The translations under genes were made by a program, and so were the position numbers. A stretch of 63,968 nt of DNA, filler included, from Octopus bimaculoides (lineage: Eukaryota): assembly GCF_001194135.2 (NCBI RefSeq). It is 6 parts of 6 records of this genome, joined end to end, with 100 filler letters (N's around TTAATTAATTAA, not from the genome) between each part and the next. Parts side by side here need not be neighbours in the genome. Positions count along the whole stretch, not along the records: positions 1 to 20,076 come from NC_068983.1; 5 more parts are not named here. The stretch is one strand, 5' to 3'. Shown here piece after piece: positions 1 to 11,939 of the stretch. How positions within the stretch are numbered: the stretch's first letter is position 1; the number at the start of each line of letters is the position of its first letter. A model generated the notes under the pieces. It was not told the DNA's origin. It ran no database searches and was given only the letters and a program-made list of their open reading frames with translations.

Positions 1-108
1 GTTTATGGGGGTGGGACTTGCATAATTGTACAAGATATTTGCAGACCACAAATTTATAAAAATTTTCAACACTGTCCATTTCAAAGTATACAAGAATGGT
101 AAACAGAG

Positions 109-3100
109 GTGGCCATAAGGTCGGGGACCAAAAATTGAACACTGGCCATAAAATGGGGGATCAAAAATCGCACATTGGCCATAAAGTCGGGGACCAAAAA
201 ATTGCACACTGGCCATATAGACGGGGACCAAAAATCGAACACTGGCTATAAAGTCGGGGACCAATAATTGCACACTGGCCATAAAAATGGGGACCAAAAA
301 TTGAACACTGGCCATAAAGTCGGGGACCAAAAGATGCACACTGGCCATAAAGTCGGGGACCAAAAATTGAACACTGGCCATAAAGTCGGGGACGAATAAT
401 TGCACACTGGCCATATAGACGGAGACTAAAAATCGCACACAGGCCATAAAGTCGGGGACCAATAATTGCACACTGGCCATAAAAACGTGGACCAAAAAAG
501 AACACTGGCCATAAAGACGGGGACCAAAAATCGCAAGGTGGCCATAAAAACGGAGACCAAAAATTGAACACTGGCCATAAAAACGGGGACCAATAATTGA
601 ACACTGGCCATAAAGTCGGGGACGAAGAATTGCACACTGGTCATAAAGACGGGGACCAAAAATTGAACACTGGCCATAAAATGGGGGATAAAAAATCTCA
701 CACTGGCCATAAAGTCGGGGACCGAAAAATTGCACACTGGCCATATAGACAGGGACCAAAAATCGCACACTGGACATAAAGTCGGGGAATAAAATTCGGA
801 CACTGGCCATAAAGTCGGGAACCAGAAATTCAACACTGGCGATAAAGTCGGGGACGAATAAATTGCACACTGGCCATAAAGACGGGGACCAAAAATTGAA
901 CACTGGCCATAAAGTCGGGGACCAAAAATTGAACACTGGCCATAAACTCGGGGACCAAAAAATTGTACACTGGCCATATAGACGGGGAATGAAAATTGTA
1001 CACTGGCCATAAAATCGGGGAACAAAATTCGGACACTGGCTATAAAGACGGGGACCAAAAATTGAACACTGGCCATAAAGTCGGAGACCAAAAATGAACA
1101 CTGGCCATAAGATGGGGGATCAAAAATCGCACACGGGCCATAAAGTCGGGGATCNNNNNNNNNNCATAAGATGGGGGATCAAAAATCGCACACGGGCCAT
1201 AAAGTCGGGGATCAAAAATTGCACACTGGCCATATAGACGGGGACCAAAAATCGCACACAGGCCATAAAGTCGGGGACCAATAATTGAACACTGGCAATA
1301 AAATGGGCGATCAAAAATCGCACACTGGCCATAAAGTCGCGGACCAAGAAATTGCACACTGGCCATATAGACAGGGACCAAAAATCGCACAGTGGCCATA
1401 AAAACGGGGACCAAAAATTGAACACTGGCCATAAAGACGGGGACCAAAAATCGCACACAGGCCATAAAGACGGGGATCAAAAATTGCACACTGGCCATAA
1501 AAACGGGGATCAAAAATTGAACACTGGCTATAAAATGGGGGACCAAAATTGCACACTGGCCATAAATTCGGGGAACAAAAATTGCACACCGTCCATAAAG
1601 ATCGGGACCGAAAATTGTACAATGGCCATAAAGTCGGGGAACAAAATTCGGACACTGACCATAAAGTCGGGGACAAGAAATTGAACACTGGTGATAAAGT
1701 AGGGGTCGAATAATTGCACACTGGCCATAAAGACAGGGACCAAAAATGAGCAGTGGCCATAAGGTCGGGGACCAAAAATCGCACACTGGCCATAAAGTCG
1801 GGGACCAATAATTGCACACTGGCCATTAAAACGGGGACCGAAAATTGAACACTGGCCATAAAGACGGGAACCAAAAATTGAACACTGGCCATAAAGACGG
1901 GGACCAAAAATGTAAACTGGCCATGAAGTCGGGGACCAAATATCGCACACTGGCCATAAAGTCGGGTACCAATGATTGCACACTGGCCATAAAAACGGGG
2001 ACCAAAAATTGAACACCGGCGATAAAGACGGAGACCGAACATTGTACACTGGCCATAAAGTCGGGGACGAATAATTGTACACTGGCCATAAAGACGGGGA
2101 CCTAAAATTGAACACTGGCCATAAAGTCGGGGACCAAAAATTGAACACTAGCTATAAAGTCGGGGACGAATAATTGCACATTGGCCATAAAGACGGGTAC
2201 CAAAAATTGAACACTGGCTATTAAGTCGGGGACGGAAAAAAATGCACACTGGCCATATAGACGGGGACCAAAAATCGCACACTGGCCATAAAATCGGGGA
2301 CCAATAATTGCATACTGGCCATAAAAACGGGGACTAAAAATTGAACACTGACCATAAAGACGGGGACCAAAAATTGAACACTGGTCATAAAGTCGGGGAC
2401 CAAAAATTGACCACTGGCCATAAAGTTGGGGACCTAAAATTGATCAGTGGCCATAAAGTCGGGGACCAAGAATGAACACTGGCTATAAAATGGGGGATCA
2501 AAAATCCCAAACTGGCCATAAAGTCGGGGACCAAAAAATTGTACACTGGCCATATAGACGGGGACCGAAAATTGTACACTGGCAATAAAGTCGGGAAACA
2601 AGATTCGGACACTGGCCATAAAGTCGGGGACCAGAAATTGAACACTGGCGATACAGTCGGGGTCGAATAATTGAACACTGGCCATAAAGTCGGGGACCAA
2701 TAATTGCACACTGGCCATAAAGTCGGGGACCAAAAAAAAGCACACTGGCCATAAAGACGGGGACCAAAAATTGAACACTGGCCATAAAGTCGGGGACCAA
2801 AAATTGAACACTGGCCATAAAGTCGGGGACCAAAAATTGAAAACTGGCCATAAAGTCGGGGACCAAAAATTGAACACTGGCCATAAAATAGGGGATCAAA
2901 AATCCCAAACTGGCCATAAAGTCGGGGACCAAAAAATTGCACACTGGCCATGTAGACAGGGACCAAAAATCCCACACTGGCCATAAAGTCGGGTTCCAAT
3001 TGATCTCTGGTTATAAAGTCGGGGTCGAATAATTGCACACTGGCCATAAAGACAGGGACCAAAAATGAGCAGTGGCCACAAAGTCGGGGACCAAAAATCG

Positions 3101-4285
3101 CACACTGGCCATAAATTCGCGGACCAATAATTGCATACTGGCCATTAAAACGGGGACCGAAAATTGAACCCTGGCCATAAAGACGGGGACCAAAAATTGA
3201 ACCCTGGCCATAAAGACGGGGACCAAAAATTGAACACTGGCCATAAAGTCGGGGACCAAAAATTGAACACTGGCCATAAAGTCGGGGACCAAAAATTGAA
3301 CACTGGCCATAAAGTCGGTGACCAAAAATGAACACTGGCCATAAAATCGGGGACCAAAAATCGCACACTGGCCATAAAGTCGGGTACTAATAATTGCACA
3401 CTGGCCATAAAAACGGGGACGAAAATTTGAACACTGGCTATAAAGTGGGGGACCAAAATTGAACACTGGCCATAAAGTTGGGGACCAAAAATTGATCAGT
3501 GGCCATAAAGTCGGAGACCTAACATTGATCTCTGGTCGTAAAGTCGGGGACCAAATATCGATCTCTGGTCTTAAAGTCGTGACCAAAAATTTAACACTGG
3601 CCATGAAGTCGGGGACCAAAAATTGAACACTGGCCATAAAGTCAGGGACCCAAATTTGAACCCTGGCCATAAAGTCGGGGACCAAAAACTGATCAATGAC
3701 CATAAAGTCGGGGACCAAAAATTGCACACTGGCCATAAAGTCGGAGACCTAAAATTGATCTCTGGTCGTAAAGTCGGGGACACACTGGCCATGAATTTGG
3801 GGACCACAAATTGAACACTGGCCATAAATTCGGGGTCCAATCCTTTGCTCACTGGCCATTTAATCGGGGTCTAAACATGTGCACACTTGCCATAAGGTGG
3901 GGGTCCAATCATTTGCACATAGGCCATAATGTAGGGGATCAAAAACTGATCACTGGTCATAAAGTCGGGGACCAAAAATTGAACACTTGCCATGAAGCCG
4001 GGGTCCAAACATTCGCATACTGGCCATAAAGTCGGGGGTCCAAACATTTCCACTGTGACCATAAAGTCGGGGACCAAAAAGTGCACACTGGCCATAAACT
4101 CGTGGACCAAAAATTGAACACTGGCCATAAATTCGGGGTCCAAACATTTGCATACTGGCCATAAAGTCGGTCTCCAAACATTTGCCCAGTGGCCAGAAAG
4201 TCGGAGACCAAAAATTGAACACTGGTCATAAAGTCGGGGTCGAAAAATTGAACACTGGCCATAAAGTCGGGGACCAAAAACTGAT
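109..4285 (+). repeat. 33-bp tandem satellite, left arm (consensus CACTGGCCATAAAGTCGGGGACCAAAAATTGAA), ~125 units
   Basis: ACTGGCCATAAA recurs every ~33 bp (e.g. 141, 174). Six-frame ORFs show an 11-aa period (MASVQFLVPDF). Confidence 0.97.
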
Positions 4286-7200
4286 CACGTTCGTTCGTTT
4301 GTTTTTTCTTTCGTTCGTTCGTTCGTTCCTTCGTTCCTTCGTACTTACGGACGTACGTGCGTTCGTTCGTTCGTTCGTTCGTATGTACGCACGTACGTTC
4401 GTCAGTTCGTTCATTCTTTCGTTGGTTCGTTCGTTCTTACGTACGGCCATTCGTACGTTCGTTCGTTCGCTTATTCGTTCTTTCGTTCGTTCGTTCGTTC
4501 GTTCGTCGATTGTTTTTTCGTTCGTTCGTTCGTTCTTTCGTTCGCTCGTTTGTCCGTATGTACGAACGTTCATTCGATATTTCGCGTCTACGTACATACG
4601 TACGTAAGTACGATCGTTTGTTCGTTCGTTCGTTCGTTCCTTCCTTTGATAATTCGTACGTACGTATGTACGTTCGTCCTTTCGTTCGTGCCTTCGGTCG
4701 TTCGTTCGTTCGTTCATTCGTACGTACGTACGTTTGTTCTTTCTTTCGTACGTACGTATGTTCTTTCGTTCATTAGTTCGTTCGTTCGTTCGTTCTTTCG
4801 TTCGTACGCACGTTCTTTCGTTCTTTTTTTCTTTCGTTCGTTCGTTCGTTCGTTCGTTCTTTCGTTCGTTCATTTGTTCGTTTGTTTGTTACGTTCGATT
4901 GTTCGTTTGTACGTTCGTTCGTTCCTTCGTTCATAGGTTACTTCCTTCGTTCGTTCGTTCGTTCGTACGTACGTAAGTTCGATATTTCGTGCCTACGTAC
5001 ATACGTACGTACGTTCGTCCTTTCGTTCGTTCGTTCGGTCGCTCGTTCGTTCGTTCGTTCTTACGTACGTACGTTCGTTCGTTCGTTCATTTCTACGTAC
5101 GTACGTACGTTTGTTCGTTCGGTCGTTCTTACGTAAGTACGTACGTTCGTTCGCTTGTTCTTTCTTTCGTTCGTTCGTACGTTCGTTTGTTCGTACTTAC
5201 GTATGTACGTACGTGCCTTCGTTCGTTCGCTCGTTCGTACGTACGTGCGTGCGTGCGTTCGTTCGCTCGTTCGTTATTTAGTTCGTTCGGTCGTTCTTAC
5301 CTACGTACTTAGGTACGTACGCTCGTTCGATCGTTCGTTTGTTCGTTCGTACTTACGTACAAACGTTCATTCGTTCGTTCCTTTGTACGTTCGTTCCTTC
5401 GTTCATAGGTTACTTCCTTCGTTCGTTCGTTCGTACGTACGTAAGTTCGATATTTCGTGCCTACGTACATACGTACGTACGTTCGTTCTTCCGTTCGTTC
5501 GTTCGTTGATCTTTCGTTCGTACATACGTACATTCATTCGTCCTTTCGTTCATTCGTTCGTTCGTTCATTCTTTCGTTAAATTGTTAGTTCATACGTTCA
5601 TCCTTTCGTTCGTTCCTTCGTTCGTTCGTACGGACGTACATACGTTCGTTCGTTCGCTCGTTCGTTCTTTCGTTCGTTCGTTCTTTTGTTAGTTCGTTCG
5701 TGCGTACGTACTTACATACATTTGTTCGTTGTATCGTTCTTTCGTTCGTTCGTTCGTACGTACTTACGGTCGTGCATCCATTCATTCATTCGTTCGTTCG
5801 TACGTACGTACGTACATACGTTCGTTCTTTCGTTCATTCGTTCGTTCCTACGTACGGATGGAATGTACGCTCGTTCGTTTGATGTTTTGTTCATTCGTTC
5901 GTTCGTTCGTTCGCTTCGTAATTCATTCGTTCGTTCGTTCGTTCGCTTCGTAATTCATTCGTTCGTACTTACGTACGTACGTACGTACGTATGTTCGTTC
6001 GCTCGTTCGTACGTACGTGCGTGCGTTCGTTCGTTCGTATGTACGTACGTTCGTTCTTTCGTTTGTTTGTTACGTTCGATTGTTCGTTTGTACGTTCGTT
6101 CGTTCCTTCGTTCATAGGTTACTTCCTTCGTTCGTTCGTTCGTTCGTACGTACGTAAGTTCGATATTTCGTGCCTACGTACATACGTACGTACGTTCGTT
6201 CTTCCGTTCGTTCGTTCGTTCGATCTTTCGTTCGTACATACGTACATTCATTCGTCCTTTCGTTCATTCGTTCTTTCGTTCATTCTTTCGTTCGTTTGTT
6301 CGTTCGTTCGTTCATTCTTTCGTTTTTTGTTTCGTTCGCTCGTTTGTTCCTTCTTTTGTTCTTTCGTTCGTTCGTTAATTTCGCTCGTTTGTTAGTTTCG
6401 TTGGTTTATTCCTTCATACGTACGTACGTTCGTTCCATCGTCCGACATACGTACGAACAAACGTTCATTCGTTCCTTCCTTAGTACGTTCGTTCGTTCGT
6501 TCATTCTTACGTACGTAAGTTCGTTCGTTCGTTCGCTCGTTCATTCGTACGTACGTACGTCCGTTCATTCGTTCGTACGTACGTACTTACGTTCGTTCGT
6601 TCGTTCGTACCTACGTTCGTTTGTTCGTTCGTTCGTACGTATTTACGTACGTTCATTCGTTCGTTCATACGTACGTACGTTCTTTTTTTCGGTCGTTCGT
6701 ACGTAAGTACGTTCGTTCTTTCGGTCGTGCTTTCGTTCTTTCGTTCGTTCGTTTGTTCGTTCATTTGTTTGTTTAGTTCGTTCTTTTGTTCGTTCGTTTG
6801 TTCTTTCGTTCTTTCGTTAATTTCGTTCGCTCATTCCTTCGTACGTACGTAAGTTCGTTCCGTTGTCCGGGACGTACGTACGTACAAACGTTCGTTCGTG
6901 CGTTCCTTCGCAAGTTTATTCGTTTGTTCATTCGTTCGTTCGTTTGTTCGTTCGTTCGTTCGTTCGTACGTACGATCGTTCGATATTTCGTGCCTACGTA
7001 CATACGTACGTTCGTTCGTTCGTTCTTTCATTCGTTCGTTCGTTCGATCATTCGTTCATACGTACGTACGTACGATCTTCCTTTCGTTCGTTCGTTCGTT
7101 TATTCCATCGTTCGTTCCTTTGTTCGTTCGTTCATTCGTACGAACGTACGTTCTTCTTTCCTTCGTACGTACGTACGTTCGTTTATTCATTCGTTCGTAC

Positions 7201-8660
7201 GTACGTACGTTCGTTCGTTCTATCGTACGTTCGTTCGCTCGTTCAGTCGTACGTACTTACGTTCGTTTGTTCTTTCGTTCCTTCGTTAGTTTGTACCATC
7301 GTCTGTCCGTTCGGTCTTTTGTTCGTTCGTTCGTTCGTTTGTTCATACGCACGTACGTACGTACATGAGTTCGTTCATTCGTACGTTTCCTTACATGCGT
7401 TCGTTCATTCGTTCGTTCGTTCGTTCTTAGGTACGTGTCTACGTACGTACTTTCGTTCGTTCATTCCTTTGTTCTTTCGTCCGTTCGTTCGTTCGTTCGT
7501 TTGTTCGTACGTACATTGGTTCGTTCGTTCCTACGTATGTACGTACGTTCGTTCGTTCGTTCGGTCGGTCGCTAATACGTAGGTACGTACGTACGTACGT
7601 ACGTACGTACGTTCATTCTTTCGTTGGTTCGTTCATTCCTACGTACGGACGTACGTACGTTCGTTCGTTCGCTCGTTCGTTCTTCCGTTCGTTCGTTCGT
7701 TCTTTCCTTCATTCGTTCGTTCATTCTTTCGTTCGTTCGTTTCTTCGTTTGTTTGTTTCGAACGCTCGTTTTTCCTTCGTTCGTTCTTTCATTCGTTCGT
7801 TTGTTTCTTTCGTTCGTGCGTATGTACGTACGGACATATGTTCGTTCGTACGTACGTTCGTTCTTTTGTTCGGTCGTTCGTACGTACGTACGTTTGTTCG
7901 TTCGTTCGTTCGTTCGTTCTACCGTTTTTTCGTTCGTTCGTTTGTTCCTTCTTTTGTTTTTTCGTTCGTTCGTTAGTTTTGTTCGTTCGTTAGTTCCGTT
8001 CGTTCCTTCGTACGTATGTACGTTCTTCCCATCGTCTGGACGTACTTACATACAAACGTTCATTCGTTCGTTTGTTCGTTCGTCTGTTAAGTCGTTCGTT
8101 CGTTCGTTCATTCTTACGTACGTACGTTCGTTCGTTCGCTCGTTCATTCGTACGTACGTTCGTTCGTTTTTTCCTTCGTACGTACGTACGTTCGTTCGAA
8201 ACTACGTTCGTTTGTTCGTTCGTTCTTTTGTTCGTTCATTAGTACGTACATACGTACGTTCGTTCTTTCGATCCTTCGTAGTTCGTTCGTTCGTACGTAC
8301 GTACGTATGTACGTTCTTTCGTATGTACGTACGTACGTTCGTTCGTTCGTTCGTTCGTTCGTTCATTCTTTCGTTCGTTGGTTCGTCGTTTGTTCTTCGT
8401 TCGATCGTTCGTTCGTTGTTTTTCACGTACGTGCGTCCGTTCTTTCTCGTCCATAGCGTACGCCCGTTCTGAACGTAAAGGCACGTACGTGCGTCCCTTC
8501 TTTTCGTACATAGTGTACGTTCGTCCATTATTTTTCGCCCGCACGTACGCTCTTTCGAACCCAAAACGAACAAACGGACGTACCTGCACACGCACTTTGT
8601 TCGTTCTTTCGTATATATGCGTACGTACGCCCGTTCGAAAAGAAATGGACGTACGTGCCC
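4286..8660 (+). repeat. Compound tetranucleotide satellite (TTCG)n/(TACG)n with internal higher-order duplications
   Basis: Continuous ttcg/tacg runs with ttca, tttg, taca and tatg variants. Landmark ttcgttcataggttacttcc recurs at ~4927, 5398 and 6108. Confidence 0.97.
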
Positions 8661-10384
8661 AGTCTCCGACTTTATGGCCGGTGATCAATTTGTGGTCCCC
8701 GACTTTATGGCCAGTGTGTAAATGTTTGGTCCCCGAATTAATGGCTAGTATGCAATGTTTGATCCCGAATTTATGGCCAGTGTTCAATTTTTGGTCCCCG
8801 ACTTTATGGCCAGTATGCAATGTTTGGACCCCGACTTTATGGCCAGTGTTCAGTTATTGGTCCCCGACTTTCCGCCCAGTGTTCAATGTTTGGACCCCGA
8901 TTAAACGGCCAGCGTGCAAATGATTGGACCCTGAATTTATGGCCAGTACTCAATTATTTGTCCACCACTTTCCGCCCAGTGTTCAATTTTTGTCCCCGAC
9001 TTTATGGCCGGTGTACAAATATTTTGACACCGATTTTATGGCCAGTGTTCAATTATTGATCCCCGTCCTTATGGCCAGTGTTGAATTTTTGGTCCCCGAC
9101 TTCATGGCCATTGTTTAATTTTTGGTCTCCGACTTTATGGCCAGTATGCAATGTTTGGACCCCGATTAAATGGCCAGTGTGCAAATGTTTGGACCTCGAT
9201 TTTATGGCCAGTGTTCAATTATTGGTCCCCGACTTTATGGCCAGTGTTCAATTTTGGGTCCCTGACTTTATGGCCAGTGTTCAACATTTAGTCCCCCGAC
9301 TTTATGGCCAGTGTTGAATTTTTGGTCCCCGACTTCATGGCCAATGTTTAATTTGTGGTCCCCGACTTTATGGCCAGCGTGCAAATGTTTGGACCCCCGA
9401 CTTTATGGAGAACGTGCAATTATTTGGACACCGACTTTATGGCCAGTGTGAAAATGTTTGGTCCCCGACTTTATGGCCAGCGTGCAACTGTTTGGACTCC
9501 TGACTTTATGGACAGTGTGCAATTGTTTGGCCTCCGACTTTATGGATAATGTGCAATTGTTTGGACACCGACTTTATGGCCAGTGTGCAAATGTTTGGTC
9601 CCCGACTTCATGGCCAATGTTTAATTTGTGGTCCCCGACTTTATGGCCAGCGTGCAACTGTTTGGACTCCTGACTTTATGGACAGTGTGCAATTGTTTGG
9701 CCTCCGACTTTATGGACAATGTGCAATTGTTTGGACACCGACTTTATGGCCAGTGTTCAATTTTTGGTCCCCGACTTTATGGACAGTGTTCAATTTTTGG
9801 TCCCCGACTTTATGGCCAGTGTTCAATTTTTGGTCCCCGACTTTATGGCCAGTGTGCAAATGTTTGGACTACGACTTTATGGCCAGTGTGTAAATGTTTT
9901 GACTCCGACTTTATGGCCAGTGTGCAAATGTTTGGACCACGACTTTATGGCCAGTGTTTAAATGTTTGGACCCCGACTTTATGGCCAGTGTGCAAATGTT
10001 TGGTCCCCGACTTATGGCCAGTGTGCAAATGTTTGAACCCCGACTTTATGGCCTGTGTGCAAATGTTTGGTCCCCGACTTTATGGCCAGCGTGCAAATGT
10101 TTGGACCCCCGACTTTATGGAGAACGTGCAATTATTTGGACACCGACTTTATGGACAGTGTGCAAATGTTTGGACCCCGACTTTATGGCAAGTTTTCAAT
10201 TTTTGATCCCCGACTTTATGCACAGGTTTCAATTTTTGGTCCCCGACTTTATGGACAGTGTTCAATTTTTGGTCCCCGACTTTATGGATAGTGTTCAATT
10301 TTTGGTCCCCCACTTTATGGACAGCGTTCAATTTTTGGTCCCCCACTTTATGGCCAGTGTGTAAATGTTTGGACCCCGCCTTTA
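8661..10384 (-). repeat. 33-bp tandem satellite, right arm, inverted relative to the left arm, ~50 units
   Basis: Units read ccccgactttatggccagtg..., the reverse complement of the left-arm unit. Confidence 0.96.
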
Positions 10385-10390
10385 GTGCAA

Positions 10391-10553
10391 TTGGCGATAA
10401 AGTCGGGGTCCAAACATTTACACTCTGTCCTTAAATTCGGGGTCCAAACATTTACACAGTGTCCATAAAATCGGGGTCCAAACATTTACACAGTGGCTAT
10501 GAATGCGGGGTGCAAATATTTGCGTAAATATTTGGACCTCGACTTTATGGCCA
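10391..10553. repeat. Satellite end with local orientation flip: ~4 units in + (10391-10522), then a final partial unit in - (~10523-10553)
   Basis: ataaagtcggggtccaaacatttacac units (+) followed by ttggacctcgactttatggcca (-). Palindrome gcaaatatttgc sits at the switch. Confidence 0.85.
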
Positions 10554-11160
10554 GGAAGAAAATGGAGTTGGTCGCGAAACTCAACGGGATAGACGATTTA
10601 GCGAGTTCTATACCGCTGTACCTAGATGGTTCGGCGTTGGTGCTATATCTAGAAATGCGAATAAAAAACCAACTGAGCGCAGAAAAAATTGAAATCAGTT
10701 TGATGGAGGCCTTTGTAGAAGGAATGTTCGAAGCGTACGCTCACCTGTGGAAAACAAAGTGAACCGACTAACACGTCGTCATGTTTGCCAATGAACTCAG
10801 GAAATTGGCTAAACTGGCGGGATATGAAGGTGAATCACTAGACCGAACGGTTAAGTTAACGTTTGTGACTAGCCTTCCTGACCACAATATTAACTCTATG
10901 GCGATGGAAGACATTATATTTCGGGCTCACGTGCCGAAAAGTGCCGAGCAAGGAGTAGCGGAGAGGGGTCAAACAAGGAACGTGTGCGACCATTCAAAGG
11001 ACAATGTTTCCGGTGTCAGGGCCCGCATATGGTGCGAGACTGCCAGTCACCCAAGCCTGAGGTCATTTGCTACTGGTGTCGAGAAACAGGACATATAGCC
11101 AGCGAATGTCTGCGGGGAAACGGTCTAAGGGAGACTACTGCGCTGGTAGCTATCCCTTTG
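10554..11160 (+). pseudogene. gag: Retrotransposon gag remnant with two zinc knuckles
   Basis: ELVAKLNGIDDLASSIPLYLDGSAL...FANELRKLAKLAG...FVTSLP, then CFRCQGPHMVRDC and CYWCRETGHIASEC. Interrupted by stops and frameshifts. Confidence 0.85.
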
Positions 11161-11939
11161 GACCAATAGAGGCGCGTTTGTTGCNNNNNNNNNNNNNNNN
11201 NNNNNNNNNNNNNNNNNNNNNNNNNNNNNNNNNNNNNNNNNNNNNNNNNNNNNNNNNNNNNNNNNNNNNNNNNNNNNNNNNNNNNNNNNNNNNNNNNNNN
11301 NNNNNNNNNNNNNNNNNNNNNNNNNNNNNNNNNNNNNNNNNNNNNNNNNNNNNNNNNNNNNNNNNNNNNNNNNNNNNNNNNNNNNNNNNNNNNNNNNNNN
11401 NNNNNNNNNNNNNNNNNNNNNNNNNNNNNNNNNNNNNNNNNNNNNNNNNNNNNNNNNNNNNNNNNNNNNNNNNNNNNNNNNNNNNNNNNNNNNNNNNNNN
11501 NNNNNNNNNNNNNNNNNNNNNNNNNNNNNNNNNNNNNNNNNNNNNNNNNNNNNNNNNNNNNNNNNNNNNNNNNNNNNNNNNNNNNNNNNNNNNNNNNNNN
11601 NNNNNNNNNNNNNNNNNNNNNNNNNNNNNNNNNNNNNNNNNNNNNNNNNNNNNNNNNNNNNNNNNNNNNNNNNNNNNNNNNNNNNNNNNNNNNNNNNNNN
11701 NNNNNNNNNNNNNNNNNNNNNNNNNNNNNNNNNNNNNNNNNNNNNNNNNNNNNNNNNNNNNNNNNNNNNNNNNNNNNNNNNNNNNNNNNNNNNNNNNNNN
11801 NNNNNNNNNNNNNNNNNNNNNNNNNNNNNNNNNNNNNNNNNNNNNNNNNNNNNNNNNNNNNNNNNNNNNNNNNNNNNNNNNNNNNNNNNNNNNNNNNNNN
11901 NNNNNNNNNNNNNNNNNNNNNNNNNNNNNNNNNNNNNNN

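Noticed and set aside
161-4277. Many long Cys/Trp/Pro-rich ORFs with an 11-aa period
   Set aside because: The 33-bp unit has no stop in any minus-strand frame and is a multiple of 3, so ORFs appear in all frames. They are satellite artefacts.
4182-8923. RSFV/NERT-repeat ORFs
   Set aside because: Translations of the (TTCG/TACG)n microsatellite.
109-10553. 33-bp repeats as a CRISPR array
   Set aside because: Units are head-to-tail with no unique spacers, no cas genes, and a eukaryotic context.
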